A stretch of 63,994 bases of DNA, counting the filler, from Streblomastix strix (Eukaryota): the NCBI GenBank assembly GCA_008636045.1. It is 3 parts of 3 records of this genome, joined end to end, with 100 filler letters (N's around TTAATTAATTAA, not from the genome) between each part and the next. Parts side by side here need not be neighbours in the genome. Positions count along the whole stretch, not along the records: positions 1 to 21,714 come from SNRW01000357.1; positions 21,815 to 43,522 come from SNRW01000358.1; 1 more part is not named here. One strand, written 5' to 3'. The notes beneath the pieces were generated by a model. It had not been told where the DNA came from. It did not search any database and saw nothing but the letters and a program-made list of their open reading frames with translations. Below are positions 12,732 through 26,300 of the stretch, piece after piece. Made by a program: the position numbers and the translations under genes. Each line of letters starts with the position of its first letter. Positions within the stretch are counted from its first letter, which is position 1.

Positions 12732-13805
12732 TCAATTCCATTCTTTACCCCATTCCCATGCTTTAGATTTAATATGTTTAGCTGATGGTGCAGAAACTTG
12801 TTCGAATTTGAGTATTTTGAAAGATGAACCAATCCCGTAAAAGAAACACTAATAGCAAATAAAAAATGATTAATAAAAAATAGACGTGAAAGAAATACCC
12901 AGAATCTTACAGCATCGGGTATATTTACGACATAATTGGATTGCTCAACATCATCAATAAAAAAAGTGAGCGATCGATTTGTATTCATGTTCAACTAAGT
13001 ATAATAAAATTGATGATAAAAAATACAAAATTCTATTTATTTATTACAAACCTCCAAAGTAATGCGATGTCCTGGGTCATCAAAGTCAGAATTTCCTTCA
13101 ATTTCATCACCAATATGATGAATATTCCCACTAAAAAAAATATTAAATAAAAAAAATTCAAATAAAGAATTATTTTTTTATCCAGATTTATTATTAATAT
13201 GTAAAATCAAAAATATTTAATAATATAAATATAATTAGCACACTTCCAATAATAGTAAACGATTTTGTTCCACCCTAGAAATGATATTTGTTGCAAAAAT
13301 ATATTAAAAGAGAATTTCATAATATTAAATAATTATTATTCTATAAGGTAATAAATACCAACACTTGAAGGTCTTTCATCTTGACCATAGTGCACAGAAT
13401 CATCAGCAATACCAACACCTATTCAAAAAGGAAATTAATTAAACAAACAATAAAGAAATTATAAGTGAAATCTAATAATAGAATTAAACTTATTATTTAA
13501 TGTTAAATATAATAAATCATGCTAAACCTTATAGATCTTTCACATTGAGAACTTCCATTCTAATAATTCCTCTTCTGATAACAGGATCGAATAGAATTGT
13601 AACTTGGTTATCATTTTCTTTGGAATGGATAAATGTATTTTCATTGGTTTCAACATCATCTGTATGCGGAATTTGTGGAGTATATGAGACTGTAAAATGA
13701 TAAAAACAATTAATAAAATTGAATTAAAAAATTTCATTTAATTCAAAATCTTATTTTCAATGTATTCGTTTTCATGCCTTTTTGTTCTTCCTATGAAATT
13801 GACAT
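12732..13805 (-). CDS. SPRY/B30.2-like family protein (paralog of 126-1776), seven exons
   Basis: TILFDPVIRRGIIRMEVLNVKDLQ|GVGIADDSVHYGQDERPSSVG|WNKIVYYYWN|GNIHHIGDEIEGNSDFDDPGHRITLE|LNMNTNRSLTFFIDDVEQSNYVVNIPDAVRFW|CFFYGIGSSFKILKFEQV...AWEWGKEWN*. The first intron appears to have a GC donor, so the start is tentative. Confidence 0.78.
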
Positions 13806-14594
13806 TGATTCTGTTTAAAAAAAGTTATTATGGAATAAAAATATAAAAAATGAATAATCATATTGATAATTCAAGAAGCATTAATAAAACTTAATTAAAA
13901 TATATGTATTGATTATAAAAATATGAGTAATTAAATAAATTTATTTTTCTTCGTTTGAATTTCTCCATCAAAAGGAATAAAAATTCGTAAGTAAATCGAC
14001 ATCATATGCAATGGTTATTGAATGTAATTATAATTGAAAAAAATAGTTTTTCAAGCATTGTTAATAAAAAAATCTATTGGATGAAAGATTATCTTAGTTA
14101 GATGAAGAAATTGTCTTTTCAATTTAAAGGTCGTAGAATTAACATTTCACAGGTACAATTGTTATAAAATTATTAAAAACAATTAATAAATTTGTACATT
14201 ATCTAATTTTTTAAACTGCTTTATATAATTAATCTATTTGCGATAGAATAAACGAAAGATTCAGTTTTTCCCCATTTTGCGAACATAACTTTTTATATAT
14301 ATAATAAAATTGTATGCAATAACAATAATTACATGTAATAATATAATATTTAAAGATTATGTCTTCCAATCCAATTAATAAATGGTACTAAAAAATTTAC
14401 AAATAAAATTTGCCCTTGCCCAGCCTATACAAACTGAAACATTCTAATATATCTTTATTCGCGATTATTATATACATATAATAATTTTTAATAGCATTTT
14501 AATCCATTTTATTAATTTTTAATTTATAATATAAAGATTTTTTTTATTGTTTTAATATATTCATAATTTTTTGTGATATAAAGACTATTTGTAA

Positions 14595-16830
14595 ATGATT
14601 GTAATATTTGCTCTCTTCGCATATTCTTTTGCTGTTGTATTTGAGAAAGGCAATCTATATTATTCTCCCGATACAGTTGGAGATAATGGAATTCTAATAC
14701 ACAATTTCAAGAATTATAATGAAAACCTAGGATTTTTGAAATCAAAAGAAATAATAAATTTTAATATATTATAAGAAAGTGTGACAAACACTAGTTTATC
14801 TTTCAGCTCTATACCAAGTGATGGTTTTGAGAATCTAAAGACAAATGTTGCATTGACATAAGCAGAAAGAAGATGTAAAGCAGTTTTAGATTCATATAAT
14901 TCAGGTTTATTTGCTCTCTATGGTTATACAGCTAAAGCAGTTGAAGATGCAGATATTGCACCATCAATTACAGCATTAATAAAGAGTGGTCCAAGTCAGG
15001 TACAATATTTGAATGTTCCATCAAATTATAAATAAATATTCAAAGATTATAATGTTACTCAACAATGTAATGGTACATAAATTGAATTGTCATATGGACT
15101 GAATAAATAAGGAGTGATTGACTCATAATGTATCCCCAATACTGATATTCCAGAAGATATAAATAGATGCATTGGTTCTGGAGTTGAATATCAAACACAT
15201 CTAAAAGGATTTAGAGAAGGATCATTCTATAATGCAGATGAGAGAATTGTAAAGGATTTAATAATTAGATTTGGAGTTGTGGTTACAAATGCAGGAATAT
15301 TAATTGGATGGGAATTGAGGAAGTGGGTTTTGGTTGATTATGACTCAAGAGGAAGATACAAACTGAATTTTGTAGATATACCTGCATAGCAGATTTATTA
15401 AGGGACCGTTCTTCTGAATGAAGATAATTCTGTTAATTCAAAATCATCATCATAGAATGTGGCTTATACAGTAATATTTGTGTTATTGGCTGTTGGTATT
15501 GTCATTATTGCTGTTGCTATCATCATTGTTGGATTTGTAATATATTGGAAGGTTTATTATTTATATTGTCTTTATATTGTATATTTCTCAATAATTTATT
15601 ATATTTAATACAGAGGAAAAAATCACGTGAAAGACAAGCGTAGAATCTTTTAAGAAATGTATGATAACTAGTAATATATAATAATATATGAATAGCAATT
15701 ATTTCCAATATGGGATAATTGAGAATAATTTATAATAATTGATATATAATTTAAATCAATCTTTATTGAACTTTTATTTATTAATAATAATACATCTCTT
15801 TCTACAGCGTTCTAGACGTTCAAAAGCTGAACCTAAACCTGATCATGTACATAAGAAAAAATCACATTAAAAAGAAGAGAAGAAAGAAGAAGAAAATGAA
15901 GAGATATATGAAGATGAATAAGAAGAAGAAAATGAGAATAAAGAAAAAGAGAAAGAAAAAGAATACGAAAAAGAAGAAATTAAAGAAACCCTGAAAACTG
16001 TAAATAAAGAAAAGCAGGATTCAATACAACAAACTCATCAAGAAAGGCCAAGAAATGAATAAATTGAAAAGCAGGACTTAATACAGAAAAATATTGAGAA
16101 GGAACCTGATGTTTAAGATGAAGATGAAGATGAAGAAAGTTCATCATCCAATTAACTTCAGATATATACAGCAAAAGATGTAATTAATTAGCTTAAATAG
16201 AATAGAGATAAATAAAATTAGGATAATTAAAAAGAAATTAAATAATAATAAAATTAATAAGGATAAAATACTAGTAGAAGTACTAGTAGTAAATATAATA
16301 ACAAAGATCCAGAGATTAAATAATAATAAAATTAATAAGGATAAAATACTAGTAGAAGCACTAGAAGCTAACTTAGTAACAAAGATCTATCTACTAGTTA
16401 AAGTGGTCAATCAAAAGATTAAATTGGAAAAGAAGATAATAAGAATAAGAAAGAAATAGGATAATAGAAATAAGATATTGGATAGGGCAGTATCAAGAAG
16501 CAAAATAATACCACAGTTAAGCCTGCACTAACTGTGGATAAGAAAGATTAAGATGATAAAGAGAATTAGAAACCGAGTGGATAATAACCGTTAAGTGCAA
16601 GATCAAACACAAAATAAATAACGACACTTCGCAAGCATCGATTTGGAAGTACTTCTCAAAATAAAGACTAAATTGATGATAAGACAAATAAGTAAGAAAT
16701 TGGAAAATAGCAAAAAGAAGGGAAGGACAATAATACAGAGCATAACACATACAAGGTATTGAATAATTAGAATAAATAATTATCAGATTAAGATGATGAA
16801 GAGAACTTTTAAAATTTTAATTAATTGTGA
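14595..16830 (+). CDS. Type I membrane protein: signal peptide, degenerate papain(C1)-like ectodomain, TM helix, charged/Q-rich cytoplasmic tail
   Basis: Signal MIVIFALFAYSFA. Papain-like remnants QQCNGT..GVIDSQCIP..IVKDLIIRFGVV..ILIGWE..KW. TM VIFVLLAVGIVIIAVAIIIVGFVIYW. Two introns near 15552-15613 and 15659-15807. TGA at 16828-16830. Confidence 0.7.
16237..16389 (+). repeat. 78-nt in-frame tandem duplication (IKQQQNQQGQNTSRSTSS..NKD) in the cytoplasmic tail
   Basis: attaaataataataaaattaataaggataaaatactagtagaag occurs at 16237 and 16315. Confidence 0.85.
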
Positions 16831-17255
16831 AGAATATGAATAATTTTGACTTTATTCAACGAGTTTATCATTGTTATATATTTAAACGATGAGTGTTTAA
16901 CTATTTTCATATCAAAACATGTTTTATCAACTAATTTATCATTATTAATAAATAATATTTTAGTCTTACTGGTTATTCATTTGACATAATTGGTGAAAGT
17001 GCATCAGCAAGTCTTTATTATTATTTTAGGTCATTCAAAAATAGGAAAAAACATCATAAAATACTCCAGGTTAGTCAATATTCAATTTGAAAGAGTATAT
17101 TAGATGACAATAATTTAAATATTCCAATTACAAACTTGCTTGTAACTCAAAGATCACATCACAAAATCTTGCTTAAAATTATTAATTAAAACTCGTCCAA
17201 ATGCAATAATTATTGAATATTTCTTTTTAATAATTATATTTTTTCAATAGATAAA

Positions 17256-20200
17256 ATGTCATTAACTAAAATTGATCCACGTTAGAAGTCAATTGAGTAG
17301 GAAGTGCTGGGGTTATGTATGTCTTTTGTTGCAGGGGAGTTTGGAGCGAAAACAGCCGCGACGCTTGCTGCAGAGCTGAAGGAACACTATTAGGGTATTG
17401 ACTGCGAAGCGTTTATATCCGTTGCTGAATATCTAGGTATATTTTTACTTTTATCTAATTTATTATTTAGCATTTTTCTTTAGACACACGCTTTCCGCAT
17501 GTTACATCCAAATCTAATGATGTTTCGTCAGTAGTTGATCCACCTTAGAGAGTTACGTTGCTTATTGAAGCACTTGAGGTCTGCTACAGGGTTATCCTTT
17601 GTTGTACACGTACATTACTGCGTAATTGCACTATGGTAATCGTGCGTATTTAACTTTGTAATTATGTAGAAAGAAGGTCTTTTGTCAAAAGAGCAGATTC
17701 TATTACACTTGTCAATGGACAGAGTACTTGCACTGAAGCTTGTAGAGTCTAAGCGGTTTCAGATCAATAAAAAGCGAACATAACTCCTGTATGCATATTT
17801 CTATTCCTCAGTTGATGAAGCCTATAAATATACTTATTATCATTTCTTCTCACTCATTATAACCTTGCATGTAATTACATATTCATTTTGTGATTTTGAT
17901 GCAAATATAATTCACCTTTTATAGTTTCACATAGAAGAAGTACAATCTGTTACATGAGTCTAATGAGGGATATGCTAAGCTTCTTGTTGCATTGAGTCAT
18001 CCTGATCTTGTTTCAACACCAAAGATACTTGAGTAATGGATTGATATGTTAATAGGCACGAAATATTAATATAAGATAAATATATATGAAAATGAGAGAA
18101 ATTTTGATTTATAGAGAAATTTTAGATTATTAGTTATTTCTTATACTCTCTCATTATTCATTATTTCGCACAATCACTTATTATTCACTATTCGTATATT
18201 CATTCATCCACATTCGTATTTATTATAGAATCCTTCAAACTTGATCCAAATCGGGTACTTGATGCAGTTCTAGAAGCAGCAGAGTAAGTCCTTCAGTTGG
18301 AGCATGACTTGATAATGAAAAGGAAATATGAGTACTATAATTTATATAGTAATGATGTAGTAAGTAAAGATAAAGAGAATGAATAATCAAATCATCATAT
18401 GCATAAGAAGAAGGAATAAGAGAAGAAAGATGAGATCAGATCATTCTATGTCCTTGGAAAGATAAGGAAGGAGATAAGAAAAAGAAAGAAAGAAGAAATG
18501 AATAAGAAATAAGAGAAAGAAAGATTAAGAATAAAAGTAATGATCAAGGATAATGAAGAAGATAATGAAAGTAATGAATTAAATGATTAGAATATGAATA
18601 AGAATATTAATACGAAAGAATTAGATCTATTACAGAAGGATAAGCTGATAAATCATTTGGAGTCAATGCTTTAGACATACACAATCATACTTTAGAAATT
18701 GGATACATCCAACATCATTCCTTATCTTGCATTCAAATTTTCTGCTTATTATGATGGAAGATTCATTGAGAGAAGTAATTTAATTTCTGCAGATCCAAAT
18801 GAGAGCGTTAATGGTAAGATTTCTCCTATAGCTTCTAATTATGCAAAATAATTGTTAGCAAATACACTTGTTACACCTCCAACTCTTCCTAATGCCATTT
18901 CTTAATCAGATTCATAAGGTAAAGATAGTAAAGGGAAAAATACGTAAAGTTCTTCATATTCTTCATATTAATCCCCATAATAACAATTAATACCATCAGT
19001 TAATGAATTGAAATCTGATATTTTTAATTAATTCTCACGAAGGATCAAATCTCCACATTCTTTGTATTTACTTTCTTCATTCTTAATCATCAATGATATT
19101 ATTGATGGAGAAGCTTTGGTATCAATGCTTAAACCAACTCCATAGGAAGTGTCTGAACATTTTAGATTCAGTTATAATGCAAGAATCTACTAAGGGATTA
19201 ATCAAATACAAATCAATGGGTAATTTGACATATCAATGTAAGATAAAGATAAAGATAAAGATAAAGATAATTAGTCATTGGGAGGATATTAGAGTTCAAA
19301 TCTTAATTCCAATGTGAATACGAATACAAATGATGAGAAGAATAAGAATCTATCAATATAGTATTTAATATCTCCATTTTCTCCATATTTGTAAAATCTG
19401 GTTCAAGAATAAGAAAAAGAAAGGTTATTTAGATTAGGATTATTGAAAGAAGATAAAGAAACAAATAAAGAAAAGAAAGAATAATAATCTTCTTCATCTT
19501 CATCATCATCATCTTCTTCTTCTTTCACATCATTGTTATCTAAACTTGATACTTCTATACTTCGAAATCCACAATCACTTCTTCAAAATCCTTATCAGAA
19601 TAATTCCTTTAATAATTCTAATATTGATCCATTGATATTGTAAAGAGAATAGCTACATTAGTAATAAAATGCATAATTCTAATATTTTTCTGGTTAATAA
19701 TAGACAAATAAAGGAGATGGATTAATTCCATTGCCATTGAATAATTAGCAATCGTAAAAGTAATAATAAAATATGAATGATTCAATATTTCAACAATCTG
19801 ATATACAATCCCCTGCTTCAAATTCATCAAAAAGAGATAAAATGAATAACAATGATAATAAGGATGAATATGAAAAACGAGATGATGAAGAATAGTTCAA
19901 AGCTGAGGATGAAGAAATAAAAGGAGCTGTTGAAGTTGTGAATAAGAAAACAGATTCATAAATTGTTTCATTTTTATAATCATCTTCTTCTTCTTCTCAA
20001 ACAGCTCATGATTTCTTTCAAATATCTAAATCTGTTGAGAACATTAATTTAAGTGAAATTGGAATTACAGACATCAATGAAAAGGAGAAAGAAAAACAAA
20101 AAGATCGAAGTAAAGAAAAAGATCGAAGCAGAGAAAAAGAGAAAGAGAAATAAAATTTATTGACACAACCTTCTCCATAATTATAATCATAGTCATAATA

Positions 20201-21714
20201 ATAATAGCAAATTCCACAACCTTAATTCTCTCTCATTCCGGTTCTTACTCCTTTATTCTCATAAGATGAAATAATAGAAACAGAGAAATAAGTCAGTTCA
20301 ATACAACCGACAACAATTCAGATATAAAAGTCAAATTCAACATAATAATAATAGCAATAATCTAATTAAAGTAAATAATCATCATAACCTCTGATTAGTT
20401 AATCTCCAAAGATTAGTCCTAAATCATAACAAGGACCTATTATTCAGTCTACTTCTTCAGGTAGTTAATAGATTAATCAGTAAAATACTAAAAATTAATA
20501 ATAACTAAATCCTTCCAATGCAACATCAAGGTCATAATAATCTTCCTCTACTTCATCTTTATCTCATGCAAAGACTTTCTATTCACCAATTCCTGAATAT
20601 TAACCTTTCTAACTAGCAAAATGCCTTATCGAATAAAATGAATGGAAGATTGCTAATAAATTAGTCATCAGATATTATACAGATGCAGGTGGATTATTGA
20701 ATCTGTAACACAATAATGATGATAAATCAATAAAAGAGATTTCAGCGCAAATATCTAAATTACTGAATGAATATGATAAATTCAATAATGAAGAATTGTT
20801 TAATGCAATAAACGATTAATCAGTAAAATAAAAAGATGATGATAAAAATTCTGGATTATCGAGAGGAGGAAGAAGTGAGACATTTAGATAGAAAATGGAA
20901 AGAGAAAAAGAAAAAGAAAAAATGAAGCAGAAATAAGCTAATGATGATGTGTATAAGAAGATTGGTAATATTATGAGTATTGTATCAAACAGTGGGATCA
21001 ATGTTTCATATTGGAAGAAAAGATAGTAAAGAGAAAAGTTAAAGAAAGAGAAAATAAAAGAGAGAAGGAGAAAGTAGAAAGAATAAGGATTGATGAATAA
21101 GAATGAAAGTGATTAACTTACATAGGAAGATGAGGAAGATGAATTGTCAGATGAAGATGTTGATGAGAAATAATAAGAGAGAATAAGAGTAACTACATTG
21201 AAAAATAAAAATGGGAAAGAAAGTGATGAAAATAAAGATAAGTTAAAAGAAATGAAAAAAGATTCCAAAGATGAAAAAGAAGAGAAAGAAGAAGGTGAAA
21301 TGGAAGATAATTATGCAGATTTCACATCTTTACCAATTCATAAGAGAGCCATTAATAGATATGTGTAGATATTAACAGGAGATGATGATTATTATGCTAA
21401 TGGAAATTAGTTCGATGATATTAATTAAGAATAATATGATGATTAATCTTTTACAAATGAAGATAATGGAAGCATTAAAAAAGAAAATGATGAATCTATT
21501 CAGATTAATAACAACAATATTAATAATAATTAACTTTTGATATTCAATTCATCACAATCATCTTAATATCCTACATTATCTTCAGAATAATTAACTGAGA
21601 TCTAATGTATATCACTTCTTACAAATCAAAGGAGCAAAGAAACCCAAAGGAGAATGAATCAATTTGTATCCAATGTTGATCTTGCAGCTGATTATGAGTT
21701 GTGTGGAGCTGTTA
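17256..21714 (+). CDS. THO2: THO complex subunit 2, 3'-truncated at the contig end, with large low-complexity insertions
   Basis: Spliced motifs RTQLL|FTQKKYNLLHESNEGYAKLL, LIG|..FKLDPNRVLDAVLEA, LAFKFSAYY and SLYLLSSFLI match the Tho2 N-terminal signature (KQxKFNLLREExEGYAKL; FxLDPNRVLD). Confidence 0.85.
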
Positions 21715-21814
21715 NNNNNNNNNNNNNNNNNNNNNNNNNNNNNNNNNNNNNNNNNNNNTTAATTAATTAANNNNNNNNNNNNNNNNNNNNNNNNNNNNNN
21801 NNNNNNNNNNNNNN
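21715..21814. other. Artificial contig-joining linker N44-TTAATTAATTAA-N44
   Basis: Exactly 100 nt with a six-frame TAA spacer, identical to the linker at 43523-43622. Confidence 0.97.
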
Positions 21815-22170
21815 TTCAATTTATTATTTAACTTTATTTTTTATTATTATTTAACTTTATTTTTTATTATTATTTCTATTATTTAATTTAATATTACTTG
21901 ATCAATATGCATGAGATTGAATTTTCATTCTTATTATTGATCGTACAAAAAAATATTATTTTTAAACATTACTTTTTTTGTTTATCGCATAATGATTTAT
22001 CATTTTATTGTTTAAGAAATGAGATTCTTTATTTAAATTTAATTATCTTAATTATTATTTTTAACTAAATTTTATTAATGTTGATTTATTTTCTGACTTA
22101 ATGGGATAATCTTAATAAACTTTTTTCTTTCAAATCCTCTATTTTGATTTATTTATCATAAGAAGAATTA

Positions 22171-22600
22171 CCTCCCTACCCAAGTTGCTTTTACATGAGG
22201 AGAAAAATAAGAGAGCCAAAACCATAAAATATATTATAAAAATTCAACATAACCTATCTAAAATATTAGATGTTACAAATAGTAAATAACTATTATTTAT
22301 TATTATTATTTTATATTTATCATTGTTGTTTACCTTATAGAAACACAAATTCGTCTTCATTGAGTGCAATTGAGGTAGATTCGACTTGGATGCTTTACTT
22401 TAAAAGTATTGTTGAAAATGATGGAATTTCAGTAGGAGATTTAGTTGTATTTGCTGATAGATTTTTATGAGTTTTATATTATGTAGTAGTGCTAGGAATG
22501 TTAGATGTATTTATTTGGTTGATAGTTATATGATATTTGGAACAGATAATGTGTGTTTGTGTTTTGTGGAAAAGCCTTTGTTTTGTATGATATTATGATG
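22171..22600 (-). CDS. Exon fragments of an unidentified host gene next to the left edge of the Polinton
   Basis: Minus-strand open stretch NTSNIPSTTTQYKTHKNLSANTTKSPTEIPSFSTILLKQSIQVESTSIALNEDEFVFLQ followed by a GTAAAC donor near 22333. A further exon ends at a GTAATT donor near 22170. Confidence 0.4.
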
Positions 22601-23250
22601 GATTATTATATAAAGTTGTGTAATTTATAGTAAATTGATAATTAAGATCTATTTAGAAAGAGTATGCCTTTGCATTTGAACCCTACATATATTCCAATGA
22701 TTTGAAGCAAAGAATCATCGCTGTGGTTCAGCAACGATAATAAGAAATTTTAAAATTGTAAGATTAAATCGCTTAGTGTCATAGATAAGCAACATTATTG
22801 CCTGCTCACCTTGGTGAGTAAGCTTTGTAAGGAATATCAATCTTACCAGTGTAAGAAAAGGAAAAAGAAAAGGATAAAGAATCGCTGAAATAAAAGAAAA
22901 ATCCAATCAAAATAAAGTATTCATTAGATAGTTCTAATCTTTATCCTTAATTTATTATGTAATAACTGAAGAGACTAGAATATGACAAGGATGACGACGA
23001 TATTATTTAAAATGAGCCATTTGACTTATTTATATTTGAATTAGATAAATATGATTACGATTATTCTTAATCGTCATCTGAAGCAAGAATTAGAGATTTT
23101 TAAATTAATCGTTTACAGAAGATCCATAGTAACAGAAGGATTTATCATTTCTAGAACCTCTCACAAGTGAAGCATTAGAAAATAAACGTTAAATAAAAAA
23201 GAAAATAATACAATCTCCTATTTAAAAAATAGATGATTAAGAGATATTGA
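22595..23250 (+). pseudogene. Degenerate acidic/coiled ORF upstream of (possibly formerly fused to) pPolB
   Basis: Open frame EYAFAFEPYIYSNDLKQRIIAVVQQRQQEILKLQ...DDDDIIQNEPFDLF, with apparent frameshifts at both ends. Confidence 0.4.
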
Positions 23251-23306
23251 CGCAGAAGATTGCTTCGCAGCCTTTAGATGATTAAGATGATTAAGGTGAC
23301 AAATCG

Positions 23307-26300
23307 ATGTAATTTGAAACTTTAAATGAAGATGTTCAAAAATAAAATCGTCATGAATAATTTCAAAAATATCTTGATGAGAAATATAAAAAGATAAGGG
23401 AATAGCATAAGAACAACGAAGAACTATAACTACAAGCATTTAGACTCTTAGATGAGGAAATGAGAGAATAAATTGAATTGAATGATGGCAGTGGTTTGGA
23501 ATAAGTGGATCCAATAGTAAATGTGGAAGCATTATTATTATGTAAACCTATAGATAAAGATAAATTTATAATAGCATTAATTCAAGCTCATGCTGAATAT
23601 TAAGATCCAATTAGAATTGAATAAAGTAGAATTGAAGATGAACCGACGATTTTCTATTATAATAATAGAATTACTTCATTAGAAGATATATAAAATCATT
23701 TAAATTTCGTAATCCATAAGCAAAAAACTAATCATTTTAAGAATGCTTTCGATTTTGGTTATATAGTTGAAGATGCTATTACTAATAATAACGGTTCTAA
23801 TAAAACAGCAGAATATACTATCAATTATCCAAGATAGAATTTAAATACTACATCTGCAAAAAATATTAAGAAAATAATTTTTTCATTTGTTGATAAGGAT
23901 GAATTTAAAGAGTATGTTCCAACAATTATAGTAAATGATTAAGAAAGGACATAAGAATCAACTCTTCATAAGTTTATTGCAATATTTTCTATGGTTGTAG
24001 TTGTTTGTCGATATCCTCTAACCAATAAAGCAATTCAGGAATTATAAAAATATATTAAACGTCGTTAAGTTCATCTTAATGATTCGCAACATCCTAATAA
24101 TTGTGTATTTGAAGCATTATCATTCTTATCTTTGCCAGACAAAACAAAAGAAAAACGACATTAAGATCATGATAGAGTTGTTGAAGGAGTTTAATTGATG
24201 ATTTACTATTATAGTGTATAAGGAAGCTCTACAAAATGCAAAAATATACAGAAATGTATCAAGGAATATTAAGGATTTGATTTTGTAACAGATGGCAAGA
24301 TACTAGCTAAAATATTTAATATAAACATTTGCATTTATACATGCAAAGAGATCCCAATTTAGTCAGATGATGGTTAGACATCAGTTTTGTATGACTAATT
24401 CTACTTAGATTAGATTATCATATCAGATGAAAATGAAGAAGAGGATGATGAAAAAGAGGAATAAAATGACGAAAATAGACCTTAGTTATAAGATTTTAAT
24501 ATATTATTGTTTAAGTTGAAAAATAATTCACATGTTTTATTTGAATCTGATCCTGAGACATTAACAGGTTATCGTAATTGTCCATTTTGCAAACAACACA
24601 GTGTTTCAGTTAAAAATAAGAATAGACATGCATTAAGAGATTTTGAAAGACATGTTGCAAAATGTTAATAAAATAAAGGTAAATAAGTAATATTATTAAA
24701 ATCTCTTTCACCATTTGCTCCTTATATATTTGAAAATAAAAACTTATTAGTATCTTATTGCAAATGAAAAACTAAACGAATTTAAACCTACAAGATATTT
24801 TATAACGTATGATTTTGAAACTATTCCAAGAATAATAAATTAAGGATATGGTAGTAAATCAGTTGTAAATGGTATTGAGGTTCACAACTCTTAATAACAT
24901 ACTGTGCTCGAACTATTATCAGTTGCATCAACAATTAAATCAAAATCTGGAATTAAGAAAATATATTAAACGTCGTTAAGTTCATCTTAATGATTCGCAA
25001 CATCCTAATAATTGTGTATTTGAAGCATTATCATTCTTATCTTTGCCAGACAAAACAAAAGAAAAACGACATTAAGATCATGATAGAGTTGTTGAAGGAG
25101 TTTAATTGATGATTTACTATTATAGTGTATAAGGAAGCTCTACAAAATGCAAAAATATACAGAAATGTATCAAGGAATATTAAGGATTTGATTTTGTAAC
25201 AGATGGCAAGATACTAGCTAAAATATTTAATATAAACATTTGCATTTATACATGCAAAGAGATCCCAATTTAGTCAGATGATGGTTAGACATCAGTTTTG
25301 TATGACTAATTCTACTTAGATTAGATTATCATATCAGATGAAAATGAAGAAGAGGATGATGAAAAAGAGGAATAAAATGACGAAAATAGACCTTAGTTAT
25401 AAGATTTTAATATATTATTGTTTAAGTTGAAAAATAATTCACATGTTTTATTTGAATCTGATCCTGAGACATTAACAGGTTATCGTAATTGTCCATTTTG
25501 CAAACAACACAGTGTTTCAGTTAAAAATAAGAATAGACATGCATTAAGAGATTTTGAAAGACATGTTGCAAAATGTTAATAAAATAAAGGTAAATAAGTA
25601 ATATTATTAAAATCTCTTTCACCATTTGCTCCTTATATATTTGAAAATAAAAACTTATTAGTATCTTATTGCAAATGAAAAACTAAACGAATTTAAACCT
25701 ACAAGATATTTTATAACGTATGATTTTGAAACTATTCCAAGAATAATAAATTAAGGATATGGTAGTAAATCAGTTGTAAATGGTATTGAGGTTCACAACT
25801 CTTAATAACATACTGTGCTCGAACTATTATCAGTTGCATCAACAATTAAATCAAAATCTGGAATTAAGAAAATATATTTCGATTTACGCAAAGAGAATTT
25901 CATTGAAAAATGCCTTGAACAAATGTTCGAAGAAGCTAAATAATTGAAAGAAGATAATCAATACAATGATCCTGAAATACCTTATGATATTTAAATTACA
26001 GTTCTTGTATATAACTCAGCACATTTCGATATGGTATTTGTATTCAGGTATTTAACTAATCCATTATGGCATATTACAAGTTATTTAGGAGATTTCTCAC
26101 ATATTAAGCGAGTAGAAATTAAACATAAAATTTCTGGAGTAACATTATAATTTTTAGATGCTATGCTATTTGTAATAAAAGGAACATTAAAATAATTTGC
26201 TGCAGATATTGGCAATGGCGGAAAAGATGATTAAATAGGAGTATTTCCTTATGATGCCATTAATACAGATAATTATAATGAGGTCTTATCGAAATCTGAA

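Noticed and set aside
21759..21770. Palindromic TTAATTAATTAA inside N runs (also 43567-43578)
   Set aside because: Synthetic contig spacer; gene adjacency across it has no biological meaning.
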